A program made the translations under genes and the position numbers. Of a stretch of DNA of 64,000 bases, positions 14,501 through 28,472 are shown one piece after another. The notes under the pieces were generated by a model that had not been told where the DNA came from, made no database searches, and saw only the letters and a program-made list of their open reading frames with translations. Source of the DNA: Paramecium tetraurelia (taxonomy: Eukaryota); the NCBI GenBank assembly GCA_000165425.1, contig CT868430.1:62001-126000 (forward strand), written 5' to 3'. Position 1 is the first letter of the stretch. Each line of letters opens with the position of its first letter.

Positions 14501-16650
14501 GAAGAATTGACAGAATGGGATTATTTATATGGAGTTAGCGAGTTATTTACTCTTAATAGAAAGAGAAATCAAATGATATTGATTAACGATGTGATATTTT
14601 CAATGAAAAGATAATTTAATGCTGAATTTGAATTAATCTAAAAGTAGAGATAATAATAATTGGATAATATTAATGAAAGAAACAAGAGAATCATCGAAAT
14701 TAATGGAGAATTGAAGAGAGATCCTCAATTATAACAAATGAAAAAGAATATTTTGGAAGATCCAGAAAAAATATTGACTGTTAAACCAGAAGAAATAGGA
14801 TTCCAATAATATGAGACAAGAGAAATGAGAGAGAAGAAGGAATAAGAGAGATAGAAAGAAGAAGCTCGTTTGAAAGCATTGATGGCTGATGATTCAGGAG
14901 TTAGGGCAGTTAAAGATATGATGGGAGGCACTTTGGAAGAAAAGAAGGAAACTCCTTTGGATGAAAAATTAGAAGTAGAAGAATGGATGAAGAAGAGTCC
15001 AGATGATATGACAGAGGAGGAGAGAATGAAATTAAAAGAATTTGAAGTTAGGAAGTAAAAGTTAGAAGAAGAAAAGGAAAAGATTCGTAAAAATTTGGAA
15101 GCTGAACTCAAAAAGATTGAATAATGAAATTACTGATATTTGTTAAAGATTTGATGATAAGTTGCTAATTCTATTTAGAAGAAAATTAGAATATGACTAT
15201 AGAATACTTGAATAAGAATTATCAATTGTAAGATTGGCATTATCTATTATTATCTCATAATAAGCTTAATTGAGAGTTTCAGAATTGGAGAAGTTGCATG
15301 ATGAGATGACAGCTCAATTAAATCAATTGCAATAAATGAAGAATAATCTAGATTAAACTAGAGATTTGACCTAATAACAAAGAAAAACTTTGAATGACTA
15401 AATAGTCAATTATTTCAATAGAGGTTAGACTGCTGGTATGGATGCAAACAAAGTCAAGATTCTTTGGCAATATGCTTTTGAAGATTAGAAGACTAATGAA
15501 AGAGCTAAATAGGAATCTGATGAGAAATTGCTTAAAATTTAAAAATATAAAGATGTGCTCATCTTAATTGATCCATTGTTTGAAAATCAAAAGAAAATTA
15601 TATCTGCATAGTTGGACGAACAATTTGAAACTTACTTATTTGATATCTAAGAGAAAGCTAGTAATTTATAAGGAATTGATTTTGAACATGTTCGGGATCA
15701 ACTATTGTAAGTTCTAAGTTAAAGATTCAGAATGAAATTAGAATATGAAAAAATTGATAAGGATTCCAATGATCTTGAAAATTTCAATAAAAAGTTTGAA
15801 TAAGAATTTAATCAATTATCTTCTTAACTCTAAAATAGTGAAGAAGATATTTAGAGTTTACATAATATGCTTGAAAAGAGTAGATCTAATATCGAAGTCA
15901 TGTTCAGATTCAAATAAGGATATGTTGAAATCAGTCAAGACAAACCAGTCCCTAATTTACAAGATGCTGCACTAATTCCTAGAGAAACAATTGAGAAAAA
16001 GAATGATGAAATCAAAAAGGAAGGAGATACTAAAATTGAATTGATGAAAGATATTATCAAAAGTAAATATTAAGTTGAAAAAAATGAATATGACTTAAAG
16101 AAGAGAGATCTCATTATTTAAGATTTAGAATGCAAGACTAGGGAAGTCTAATTATTGAAGGTTAAAAAGGAAATGCAAATTGCTTTAACCAAAGATGATA
16201 CCAGATTGAATGAGAGAGAACTAGCAAATCTAAAGGATTAGATCGATCTCTTAAAGAGTGCTACTGATAAGAGATTGTAGATTATTAATAAGAAAAGAGA
16301 AAAGATTGAAAAAGACATCGATTTCATCAAAAAGGAGAATCAATAACTGATTGGATAGGGAGGAGTTTTATCGGTATTTATTTTATATTATTCTAGGGAA
16401 ATGTTAAATAGCTATAAGATATTTCAGATATGTAAAACAAGAAGAATGTTAGGTAAGGAGAAGAATAATAAGAACCATAAGAAGATAAATTTACGTATTT
16501 AAATAGTTTATATATTTTAGTTAAATTGCTCGTAATTACAGACTATTTAAGAAGGCAAAGGAATAGGCTGAAGAAATCGAGATATTAAGAGATGAACTTA
16601 CGAAGCTCAAAGCCAAGACATTTGCTAATTTCTAACAAGTTCAACGTTGA
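11573..16650 (+). CDS. CFAP43: Cilia/flagella-associated protein 43 (WD40 + long coiled coil); two +1 frameshifts as assembled
   Basis: WD-like N-terminus, LERLQRDEFVID, ERTWDQIE, DMMGGTLE, FRFKQGYVE, C-terminal LTKLKAKTFANF; frame breaks at ~14160 and ~15112. Confidence 0.85.
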
Positions 16651-16738
16651 TAAAATCAAATGTATAAACAATTTATTACAATTTATTAAACCTTACGATA
16701 GTACATATCAAATTTTCAATTATACAATTATAAACAAT

Positions 16739-17416
16739 TCAAAAATAAACTTAGGTTACTTTATTCTCTTTTTTCTATTGGACTGGACTAAAATTAATAA
16801 GACGTTTGATATTTCTAATGGACTCTTAATAATTTTAATATTGTTTCAACAACTCCAATAATTTCTATGTTTCTTTTTTTGGCATAGATAATTTATTATT
16901 CTCAACAAGAATAGATATCCAAGAGGTGATCTATATATGTGGATTAAAACAAATACATTTTCAATTTTAGAAGGTTCGTCATTAATGGCTGACTAAAAGA
17001 CGGAAATCAATTGATTAACAATAATTATTAGATTCTCACTACTATAATTTAGGTTGCCTGATAAAATGCTCTTACAACTATAAATTATATAAATATAATT
17101 ACATTGGTGAATAAAATAATTGCTTATATAACTTTGTAAAATCGACATTGTTTTAGTTGTCCCATTAAACTAAGATCCCTAAGATTTTATATAGGCAATC
17201 ATCTGACAAATTTGTATTCATTAATTCACTAAGAATGTTTGTACTTGACAAAGTAACATGATTTGGAAATAATTCAAGTATTTGAGAAGGTGGTATTTCA
17301 TTTATATCAATCTCTTCTACTTTATCTGATTAAAGCTTCTCTTTAATAGCATTTTTGTTTTTAATACTCTTTGGTTTAATTATTATTTCTTCGAATTACA
17401 AGTTTTAGATAATCAT
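16739..17416 (-). CDS. Hypothetical protein (~210 aa)
   Basis: ORF MIIQNLQFEEIIIKPK... restored by two tiny GTA..TAG introns. Confidence 0.65.
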
Positions 17417-17964
17417 TTAACACAAATATAATATTATAAATAAATTAATTAATACAATATAAACCTTGAATAGATTAAAATAAAAACAAAGTAAATACTA
17501 GTGAAATAAAAGAATTTCAACTATCTGCTATCATCTCTATATTTTGAACTATTCTAAAACGCGATGTGATATAATTGTTCTAATTTGAATTTCCTACTGA
17601 ATCAAAAGGAAAATAGAAATTTTCATCTCATATCTAAATGGTAATGAACATAAATAACGAATAGAAAGAAAGAATCACTATCCATTTAAATCATCATGGA
17701 ATAAAAAAAGAATGTTTATTTTATAAGATTATATGTGAAAGTGATTTTGAAATAATCTTAGCATAAAAAAGAAATTTATTTTGGATATATCTATTTAATA
17801 ATATGGTTTTCTCCGTTATTTATTGTTAATTTTACAAATAGAAGTAAAATCTGTAAAATATTTTTGATATCCATTAATCTATAAATATTTCAATTAATAA
17901 ATTAATACCAAATGATGGTGATTATTTGTTATTAATTATATTAATTCTCAATATAAATAAATTA

Positions 17965-18992
17965 ATGAATGGTCTTTTCAATTAGTTTGATCTCTCCAAC
18001 TTCTTGCCTACAGCTTATGTAGTAGAAGCTGCCCCGTTGTGCTCTATTATAGATAATGCTGTGAGATCGGAGAGAGTGGGAGACCAGGATCCAAGGATTT
18101 ATAGTGTGTACAACCAGAGCAAGGATAGAATTACCTAATAAACCAATTTAGTAGATAAGATAGCCAGATTCGTTAAAGATGATGAAGAGAAAGAGGAGGA
18201 TCCAGATCCAGATCAATCAGCTCAAGTGTAGACTAGATACTTTAATCTTGATAGTATTGATGTACTCTCTAAAGGAGTGTGCAGAAGATGCAAAAAAGTA
18301 ATTGGTAGTGATAACCAAAGCCTGGCCATTTTGAAAAATGGTGTGTTGAAGACATTGCTGAATCTAAAGTGACTTGTCGATTTTGTTTGGGAGATCATTA
18401 TTATTTAAAATGCCCTAATAGTTTATGCTTCAAGTGCAACCAGGCTGGACATATGGCAAAGGATTGCGATGTTGAGGGGTTCAAATGTCATAGATGCAAT
18501 AAAAAGGGGCATAAGTCTAAGGATTGTAATGTTATCATTATAGATGATGAGAATGTATTTGAAAAGGATAAGCAAAGATTAAAGGATCTTTTATGCATTA
18601 ATTGCTAAGAGAGAGGACATTTGAATTGTTTTTCAAAAGGATATAAAAAATATGATTTACTCTATTGTGAAGGGAAGGAATAAAGAGAAAGAGAAAAAAT
18701 GAATAGAGTGGATCATTCTTAAAAGAATAAACATAATCATTAACATCACCATTAACATAATCATGACCATCGTCATCATGAGAATTAATATAGATAAAAG
18801 CACTAAAAAAATGAATATAGTCAAAATATGCCACATAAGACCAAAAAAACAATTTAAAAACATTATTAGTAAGACTCACCTTCATAATATTCAATTTGGT
18901 CTGAAGAGTCTCCAAATGCTAAAAGGATGGGTAATAATAAATAAAGAAGAAATAAGAAAAAATAGAAAAAGTTTTAAAAATAATTTAATTGA
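17965..18992 (+). CDS. CCHC zinc-knuckle protein (Air1/2-ZCCHC7-like)
   Basis: Five CX2CX3-4HX4C knuckles, e.g. CFKCNQAGHMAKDC and CHRCNKKGHKSKDC; TRYF motif before the first knuckle; His-rich tail. Confidence 0.85.
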
Positions 18993-19002
18993 TTATAATA
19001 TT

Positions 19003-20482
19003 ATGTTTAATAATCCTTAAGAATATGTCGCACAAAAAAAAGATGCCTTTCGATCTGAAATTCGTAGAATGGATAGAGAAAGAATATTTAATTAAAAAAG
19101 GATTTTAATTAGATAAGAGAATGAAATGAGAGAAAAAGACGATTTAGAATTAACCAACTTAATACCATAAATTTAATAATCTTAATTGAATTAGAATATT
19201 TAAGAATTAAAATAACTTCATCTGTTTGCATTTAATTGTGTCTCTAACTATAACTCTAACCAAATAACATAGAATCAAGAATTCTTAATTACAAATAATT
19301 ATTTATAACACAGCCTCCCTAGTTTAATGATGAAAGAAGTCTAATGTGATGTCATTAGAACCCTAGCTAATTCTTGCAACCATCCTTCATTTTTATAATA
19401 ATAACCTTAAAATTTAATCCAATCTTTAGAAATTTCATATCTATTACTTCTTTCATTAACAGACAACTAGGATATAAGCGATGTAATTATATATTATAAA
19501 TTATTAGATTCTTATATATTTGGGAAATATTGCCAATAAATGGCCAGAAATTTGTTAATATTTAGTCAAGTGTTTTGATCGCTTATTAGAACTGAGTGCA
19601 TCAGCCGACAGTAATCTATATAGAAATATATGTTTCTGCATGCACAATATATGTTATATTATGGATAATCATAATCTAAGCATCAAAGATGTACTTTACT
19701 ATTATTATTTTAAATTAGAGAATCACATGCTTATAAATTCTAGAAAAAGGAGTTAATAGAACTGATTGCGATATGTTATAAAATGAAATATTGCATCCAT
19801 TAACTGTATTATATGCACAAAATGAAGAGATTGATAAGTACTTGATAAGTTCAAAGATAGTATAATATGTTTTTTCGGCTTTAAAAGGAGAGTTTGAGGG
19901 AACAACTTTGCAGGTTTTGAAATAGTTTTCATTAACAGACTCTATAAGTTTTTCAAATGTAAACTTTTGATTATATTTTTACAGTTTTTGATAGAGTAGA
20001 ACATCTTAGATGTGGCTTTCGAATATATCAACAATAGAAAGAAATAAATAAGAAAATTGTCCTTCTTAATGGTAATTAACCTTGCTTATAATGATCGTTA
20101 AATCTCAAATAAAATTGTTTAACATAAAATCATTAACAGAGTTATAAATGGGTTAATTGCTTCAGCTCTGTAAGAAAAGTAAAATTGCATCCAAGTCATT
20201 TAAAATCTTTAAAAGACAGGAGATAATGCAGTGTTTCAGACACTCATTGAATTAGGAACAATAGAGATAATAGGGAATTTGATTGATGAAGTTGATACAG
20301 TAGTTTTAAAGATCTTTGTGGACACTCTCTGTAGGTTCTTGAATTATGCAAAAGAAGTTTAATCTAATAAAATAATTGAAGATATTAAGAAGATCAAACC
20401 AAAATTAGAATTAATATATAATGAGAACAAAGATCCGAAATTTTAAGATCTATTTCAATTGTTTTTGTAGCTTTTATAATGA
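19003..20482 (+). CDS. Divergent importin-alpha-like ARM-repeat protein
   Basis: IBB-like KDAFRSEIRRMDRERIFNQKR, LANSC, LGNIA, INLAY armadillo-like motifs; three introns. Confidence 0.7.
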
Positions 20483-20563
20483 TATTATATATTGTAAAAT
20501 AATATAAAAATATGAAAATGATCTTTCCGTTCATAAGAAAATATAGGTCAATTTGTTTAATAC

Positions 20564-20637
20564 GCCCGGATAGCTCAGCTTGGTAGAGCGAGAGACTCTT
20601 AATCTCTAGGTCCAGGGATCGAGACCCTGTTCGGGCG
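20564..20637 (+). tRNA. tRNA-Lys (anticodon CTT)
   Basis: Cloverleaf: acceptor GCCCGGA/TTCGGGC, D stem GCTC/GAGC, anticodon stem AGAGA-CTCTTAA-TCTCT, T stem CAGGG/CCCTG. Confidence 0.93.
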
Positions 20638-20641
20638 TAAA

Positions 20642-20653
20642 TTTTTATTTTTT
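20642..20653 (+). terminator. Pol III oligo-T terminator of the tRNA
   Basis: TTTTT-A-TTTTTT immediately downstream of the tRNA. Confidence 0.6.
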
Positions 20654-21116
20654 AATAATTAATTAATTTTTATTCAATTAATTTACTGTTTAAAGGAATA
20701 GCTATTTTAATATTGAATATGCTTAGTATTACAGAACTAATGTAAATTTTCAATAGAAATTATTCTTAGATTTGATGATTTATATCTAAGAGAGCAATTT
20801 AAATATATATAGTAACATTTAAATTAATAGCCTTAAAATAGAAAATACACATCTAGTTCATTAGATTAACCAATCTAAACAAAGAACGAAACAAATCATA
20901 TCGCATTACCATTTGATAATTAAATAACCATATTTTATTTATATTATGCTTTAATACTTATATATCTACTTTAAGGATATTATTTATCAGGGACTTATTG
21001 AATGGTAATACTTGATGATACTGTCTCATATAGAAGATATTATTAAATCATTTATCCTTTAACTTAATCCAATATCAAATGAAATTTAGTTATAATAATA
21101 TAAAAATATTAATAAT

Positions 21117-22098
21117 ATGAGTAAAAATAAAAGCAAAGAGTAAGTTAATAACTCCTAAGCCAATATCTCAAAAAATGGTTCTTAAGCATAACTTAATTAA
21201 TCTAAATCTTAATCTTCAATTAATAATTAGTCTGTATTGAATTAATCTCTTAAGGATGAACTAAATAAATCAAAAACCAATGAATAGGCTTAATAAGAGA
21301 ATCAGGAAGATAAGTTGAATTAGTCTCAATAGAATAAGAACTACACTATTTCAGCGAAGTCTTGGGATTTGAATCCACATGAAGTAAAGTTTTTGAATGA
21401 CCTTTATGGAGAAATCCAAGAGGCATAATTACTAGCTGAAGGATTGTAAGAGGAAAACAAATTTGAGAATGAGCAAATTGAATTAGCATAGAAGGATATT
21501 AATACAGTACAAAATGTCATAGAGATGTTGAAAGAGGAGAGTGACAAGGAGGATGATATAAGATTTGCAATAGATAATGCTTTGTTAAATTTAGCTACTA
21601 CGAAAAGAAAGACTGAAGATGAGAATGACAAATTAAGAGATTTGGTGAGGTAAAGAAATGCTTAACTTCGAATGTTAGTAATAAAAGTTAAAGATTAAGA
21701 TCAACAATTAAAATCGAAGGATGAATAAATCAAAAGATTAGAATAATAGGTGTAAATCTAGGGTCAGACTTTAAGATAGTATTATAATGATTAAATTTAG
21801 ATTACAGAATAAAGTAGAGGATGAATATAGAATAAAGGTGGTTCAAGAGCAGTTGAGGAAACCAAGAGAAAATAAGTTATTTGATGAATCCAAATTTGTG
21901 GATGTCAATGCTAAGGATGATCCTTTTGATTTTTGGCAGAATAATGCAATTCGAGAGTATCCAGGAGAACCTAAAAAGTTAAATGATGTGGTTTAGAAAA
22001 AGACATTGTGGGTCGCTTAAAAGGAGGATGAGAAATTGAACAAATTTGAATATTCAAAGATGCCTAAGTCTAATGAATCGAATTTTTGGGGGAAGTGA
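21117..22098 (+). CDS. Coiled-coil hypothetical protein
   Basis: MSKNKSKEQ..., Q/E/K-rich heptads, one intron, ends NFWGK-TGA. Confidence 0.75.
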
Positions 22099-22220
22099 TT
22101 AATTCATTAATTGAGATTATTTACTTAAATTAGTATTTATGATTTATAGAAGTTGATAATTTGAAAATTATATGTAAATTATAAAACCTACATATAGAAT
22201 TTGATATGAGAATAATCTCA

Positions 22221-23106
22221 TCATTATTACTTTTTACCTTTAGAAATACCATAATTTCTTTCTAGATAATCTATAGTTGGAGTGGTAAGAAGAGCTTGAC
22301 AGAAGTAAGCTATAATTCTAGCTTACCATCCTGCATATAAACCTGCAAGGCCGTAATTTTGATAGACAAGCTTAAAAGACTAATACAAAGAGATTTTTCG
22401 ATAATTTTGATTTTCTTCCATTTAAACTAGGGTTTTTATTGTATCAAAGGGATGGACTGATTTAAGTATTCAATTAATACCTGCTAGAATGTTCAGAATG
22501 CTACTCAATGTTGAAGCAATCAATGAATTGAGTATTGAGAGTGGTTGACTAGGGTCTGCTTTTAATGCATAACGAACTTTATGATCCCAATACAAATAGT
22601 TTGTCCACGAAACCACTTGTCTTGTTGTTTGTATTCTAAATCCTACATAAATAGATTCAAATGTGATGTATTTGAGATAACCAAATCCTGTAGCCATAGA
22701 GGTCATCTTCAGAGTTTTAAGTCGTTCAAAAGGCGTAATGATGCAACTTTCAAATAATCCAATGGAGGCCCCTGTGATTATTTTGTTCAGAGATTGGTTG
22801 TGGATGTGATCTTTCAGCATGGAAGGGATGAAAATCATCATGGGCCATCTATAGTATTGCTTCACCATGTTTCTCAAAAAGCTAGGGTAGAAGCCATCGT
22901 ACAATCCGATCAATCCTCTTGCTCCTTTGATGTCCAAGTAGCTCTACAGTCTCAATCGATTATTGTACTTAAATGTAAGTTATTCCTTGTTTAGATTGCT
23001 TATAGGTCTTAATTCTATCAAGCACATGTTCCAAGGGCATTGTTAATGCGACTCTAAATGCTCCGATGACTTAGGTTTCAATTAAGGCTTTAATGTGATC
23101 TCCCAT
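22221..23106 (-). CDS. Mitochondrial carrier (SLC25) family protein
   Basis: PLEHVLDRIKT, PFERLKT and PFDTIKT carrier signatures; GLYDG/GLYAG motifs; one intron. Confidence 0.92.
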
Positions 23107-23286
23107 AAATGAAATAAGGTTAATTCTTTAAAAAAAATTTTAACTATGGATCAGATTAATTTAGCTTTTATATGAAACTGAGTGATTGCAAAAAAGCTAG
23201 ACTTTCCAAAAGCGCGTAAGATAAATACTCAATAATTAACACTATTGTTATACAACACTCATATAATAATTTAATAAATAATAAAT

Positions 23287-26200
23287 ATGTTCCTGCTCAT
23301 TTATATTTATAATGCATTTGCCCTTTTAGATTGCTAATAATAATATTTAGATTGTTTTAATCAGGATAATTGCATTATAAAAGACTGTGAAGCATAGCTA
23401 TTCGTATAAACTGCTTGGACCTTTCAAAATATTACTATGACGAATGTTGTCTTTAACATTGTTAATCATTAATCCTCAGTTGAGAAGTACTCCTTAAAAA
23501 GCTAAATTATGACTATATAATCTTCGACATTTTAGTAAAATATAGGGGAGAACTTAGTAGATTTAGCATTTCAAGGATAACAAATAGTCTTCTAAGATGT
23601 AGTATTTGTTTATTTTGATAAAGTTTAATTTAAAGCAGAAAACTTATTATTGTAGGATGTTAGAATGAATACGAATATTTTAATGATCTATTCTGATTAT
23701 GTTGAATTGGAACACTCTTTATTATAATGCCATGTTTAAAAATGTCTAGGAGCTGATTGCTTATGTAATTAAGGATATTGTAATTCGAGTTCGATCAGAG
23801 ACATTAAATCTTTTTAGAGAATTCCAATTAATTTAGATGACAATTTCACTCTTGGGATTGCCTCAAATGAAGTACATCTACAGAATACATCACTATATGG
23901 AAGTAGTATTGGTATTTATGCCAATCTATCCAATATAACAATAGATTCAAAGTCTATAGTTTATACGTCTGGTTTAGGATGTAAAGAATAATAAGGATAC
24001 GGTTGTGGGTTCTATGATTGGATGCTATCATATACTCTTAAATGTGGGTCATCTGGCGGTAGTTACGGTGGTTTGGGTGGAAAACCAACATCAGAAGTGA
24101 ATGACTTTAATGAATAATGTCAAAATTTAGTGCCAAGATAAGCTTATGGCGATCCATTCAATCCCTTATTTGAAGGTTCAGGCGGAGGAGGAAATTACTT
24201 CGGAGGATATGGTGGTGGAGTCATCTATTTTTAGAGTGTGAACATTATATTAGATGGAGTTATTGAAGCTAATGGGGGAGCATCTTAGAGAGATGACGGA
24301 ATTATTTATGGTGGAGGTTCTGGAGGATCGATTTAATTGAGAGGGAGATTATTTGGAAGAGGAGTTGTGTCAGCAGAGGGAGGTTAAGGATCAACAATAA
24401 GTGGAACAGGAAGTGGAGGGAGAATATATATTGAAGACCTCATGAATCATAATTTAATAATAAAGGCAGGGGTAAATTCGTTATAAGGATCAATTTATTA
24501 CAAAGAATGTCCTTAAGGTTTTGGATTAGATAAAATAAAATCAAGGTGTTTTTAATGTCCATCGGGATATTACACTTACCTATCGAGTGTTGGAGAATGC
24601 AAAAGATGCATCAATTATGATGAAGATGTCCATCTTTATGAATTATCGACTAGCCCTATATGTAAAATCCACTCTTGCAAACCTGGAAAAATCCTTGATA
24701 AATAACAGTGTGTTGTATATAATTTTGTCAGACAATCTGGAGGTGAGATTGTACTTTTTAGTATTATATTCTGTATTGGATTGTTGGTCATAAATTTTAT
24801 TTTATTCCTTTGCTTACGATAGAGAACTTCTAATAATAGGCTACATGATTCTGCTATAATATCATTAACAGAAATTCAAGAGAATCCAAATCTATACGAA
24901 GCAGCATCTGAAGATCCCCAGTTCTTGCCTGAAGATCTTCCCTACTATGTTAAACGACTATATGTTTAAGGGAATAACACTCCAAATACTCCTTGGCATT
25001 TACCTCCTCATACTCAATTGGATTAATATTATATCAATAAAGTAGTTGAGAATATCAACGCTATTGGAAAATATTCAAACTTTTAATAAGTTTCCTTAGT
25101 GTTCTTAAAAATTTGGTATTTTCCATTTTATTTTATATTGTTAAAGTACTACTAAAAGAAGAAATCTTAATAGATCCTAACCTTTATGCAAAAAAATAAT
25201 AAATTTAAAATTTATTGTCTAAAAATATCCTATAGTTCAGATTACACTTTAGCATATATTGATGTCTTAAATTATAATAATAATATACTGGATTGGAATA
25301 AATCAACTCAATTTCTAATCTCTTTGGTTTTGTAAGGCGACGGAGATTTCTTATTTCCTTGGCAAATCAATTTAAAAGATCCTTTAGTAAAATCCATGAA
25401 GATGTCTTTTGAAAAACAGAAGATCTTTATGCCAATAGATGATGAAGAGTCAGATGAATTATTATCTGAAAATGAAGAAGAGGAGATACATACATTCGAT
25501 GATTTCATAACAAAATTCAACTTATTAATGTTGTAAATAGATACAAGAAAGGGAAATGCAGAATTCATTAAAAATTGTTTTTCTTTATTTGAATTCATAG
25601 ATGAAAGCAATAGTGAGATTTTCAATAAAAAACAAATTTTATTGGATATCTGTTTTCACATTTTAGGAATCCAATAGTCCTCCTTGATTATATTGACTAC
25701 ATAGAAGCTTCTCGATTTCTAATAAACTTTGAGGGAACTTCATTATATTGTGAATTACAAATCAGAATACTAGATCAAGGTGTCAGTCAACTTTGAAAAG
25801 TAAGATTTTAATGTCAAGAGATATTACGATAATTAAATTATAATCAATACAATCAACGATATCAATAAATAAATAACAACATATCAAAGATATGAGGAAG
25901 ACAAAGAAGAATTGAACAATCTCAAAATGTAAATGTAAAGAAAAATAGAAGCTGATGGAATACTCACCCCCTTAATAACTTAAAAGTTTGATATGGAGGA
26001 AGAGGAAGATAATACTTTATAAAAAACAAATATGTGTAATATGTGGTGGCTTAGAGTTAAAAGAGCTATTACGATTACATTCGCTTACTTCTTAAGATAT
26101 CGAGACTTCAAAAATGAGAGAATGCTGACTTCAGCTTTGGTTATTCTGTGCATAATTTAAATTCCACTTTTTGTGATCTATTTATTAGAATTGATAGTTG

Positions 26201-26575
26201 ATGTTTTAGATAGTACGATTTTAGAGGAAAAATACATTTATAATTTGTAAATTATTGAAACCATAATGTAAATATCTTTGTTTCCCTTCTCTTAGCTGAT
26301 AACTGAATTAGCATTGGTGATTTGGGTAAGAATATTATATTTATGAGTAGTTGTTGAATCCTCAAAAGAAGTACTTCGGTAAGAACTTTTTAATCTTTAA
26401 TTTCTGTTCCACCATTAATGATATGATTTTGTCTTTGTTTGCCATAATAGAATTTGCAATAATAGCCATCTAAAATTTAGGTTCAGAATATTACTTCTTT
26501 GCTTCAATTAAGCTAATTCTATTTCTGATCCAAATCGTACAAGGCTATTTAGGGACTAAATATTTAACACTCTGA
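23287..26575 (+). CDS. Glycine-rich, Cys-rich (ephrin-receptor/GCC2-like) multi-TM surface protein
   Basis: Signal peptide; GGSYGGLGG, EGSGGG, GGGSGGSI, GSGGRI motifs; CPQGF..CFQCPSGYY; TM; YVKRLYVQGNNTPNTPWHLP; C-terminal TMs. Confidence 0.85.
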
Positions 26576-26673
26576 AAATACATCAAATCCAATGATAAGT
26601 ATATTACACAAAATTTGTATTATTATTATTCTAGATAATCTGTAATATTTTCATTAATTTAAATTAAAAAATA

Positions 26674-28250
26674 ATGCAAGTAGAGCCCTACATTAATAGC
26701 GTGTTGAAAATACAGGATAATAGCACTCTATCCAATGCAAAACTAAATCGAAGAAAGTATTAGAATGTTGTATATGAAAATGATGGACTCACTGTCAAAT
26801 ACTAACCAAACCCAGAAACACATGAATACGTGTGCTTGTAAACAGACAAAGCTATTACATCCTCTTTTTATTACTTTGAAGTTAAAATCCTAAAAAAAGA
26901 CAACACTAAGAAGTAATAGTAATGAATAAAAGTAGTATTATTTCCATAGGGTTGGCTTTTGACGGTTATCAAACAAACAAACCTTTGGGTATTATTGGTG
27001 GTAGTATAGGGTACTACTGTGATGGAAAAGTAATTATGAAAAAGCAAGAAATTGATTTGAAATTGAATCAATATAAACAGGATGACATTATAGGATGTGG
27101 TATTCATAAATCAGAAGTCTTCTTCACACATAATGGAATTCGAAGCTTGTAAACAGTCAAGGTTGATTTTAAAGAGCCATTCTACCCAACAGTGGTTTGC
27201 GGAGATGTTTCGTGGTTTCGCTTCAACTTAGGAGCGAGTCCAATGATATTTGATTTTCAGAAAATGTTGTAAAAGGAAAAGCATGAAATAATTCAAGAGA
27301 TTGATAAATAAGATGTATCTCCTTACAGTCTTCATCTCATCATTTAAGAGTATTTATGGAGTCAAGGATACTTGAATTCTTTGAAATAATTTGAGAGAGA
27401 AAGTTCTCTGCAAGAAAACGAGAATATGAGACTAGAGAAAAAACCAGAAGAAATGAATTATGAAGACGAATAGCAATGTGATGGCGACTTAAAACGAAAA
27501 TAGAGTCTACAAATGACTCCGATGTCTGCTTTACAAAGAAAATTAAGTGGATTGCAGAGTCCGAATTTCCAATAGATTTCATCAATCGAAAGGAAAGTCA
27601 GTGGCTTCTATTTAGATGAGTAGGACAATAATAATGAACTTAATTAAATAGCTGAATAGGCATTCTTGAAAGATCAATTAGTTAACTCAGAAAGAATAAG
27701 TAATTATGTTCTTTAAACAAGAAATACAATAACTCATTCGAGAAGGTAAAATTGCTGATGTCCTTGATATCCTTAGTGAAATGATGCCAGGCTTTTTATA
27801 AAAGGAGGGAGTCCAACAGACCTTGTATGCCTAATACTTTATTGAATTAAGTAATCTATCAGTCCTATGAATAGTGAAAAAGGACAAAGTCTAAGAGGCT
27901 ATAAATTTGGGATAAATTCATTTTAGTCAACATTTAAATTTTCAAGTAGAATGTGTTGACTAGTAGCTAAATCCTATTAAAATGAAAATCGAAAGTATTG
28001 TGGGTTTGCTATGTTTTGATGACATTGGAATCAGTGCTTTGAGAGGACTCATTACTCAGCAGTAAAGAGAAAGGGTTTGTGATTATATCAATAGAAGTTT
28101 ATTAAGTAATTATGGAATCAAATTATTTAAGTCGAAATGGGATATGAGGATGAATCAGCATTGGAAATATGTCTTAAATAGCTAATTTAGGTTTGCGGTC
28201 AAATTTAATAAAGAGGATTGCTAGGGGGACATTCAGTCTAGTTCTTATGA
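26674..28250 (+). CDS. SPRY + LisH/CTLH/CRA protein (RanBP9/10-like, CTLH complex)
   Basis: YYFEVKI, SIGYYCDG, DIIGCG, VFFTHNG, FYPTV, FNLG..PMIFD; LIIQEYLWSQGY; QYFIEL; QRERVCDYINR. Confidence 0.88.
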
Positions 28251-28472
28251 TTAATATAATTTATTTTATTTGAAAATTGATACTTAAAAGCATTATTCTT
28301 AAGGTTACAATTAATTTAATTTAATTTCCTTTAATATAATATTCCAAACATTTTCGTTACGTTTTTCAGATCTCTATTGGTAGTTCCCATAAAATATCAG
28401 TACTACACTTTTTGACTGTTAATTAAAAAACTTGTTAAATATAAATATTATTTAACATAACAAAATATTATT

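Noticed and set aside
18531..18566. Possible 36-nt in-frame intron in the zinc-knuckle gene
   Set aside because: Longer than other introns here and reads through without a stop; undecidable without cDNA
28340..28420. AAGTGTAGTA (U2-like) and CTGA boxes on the - strand
   Set aside because: No other U2 sequence and no box C; consistent with chance
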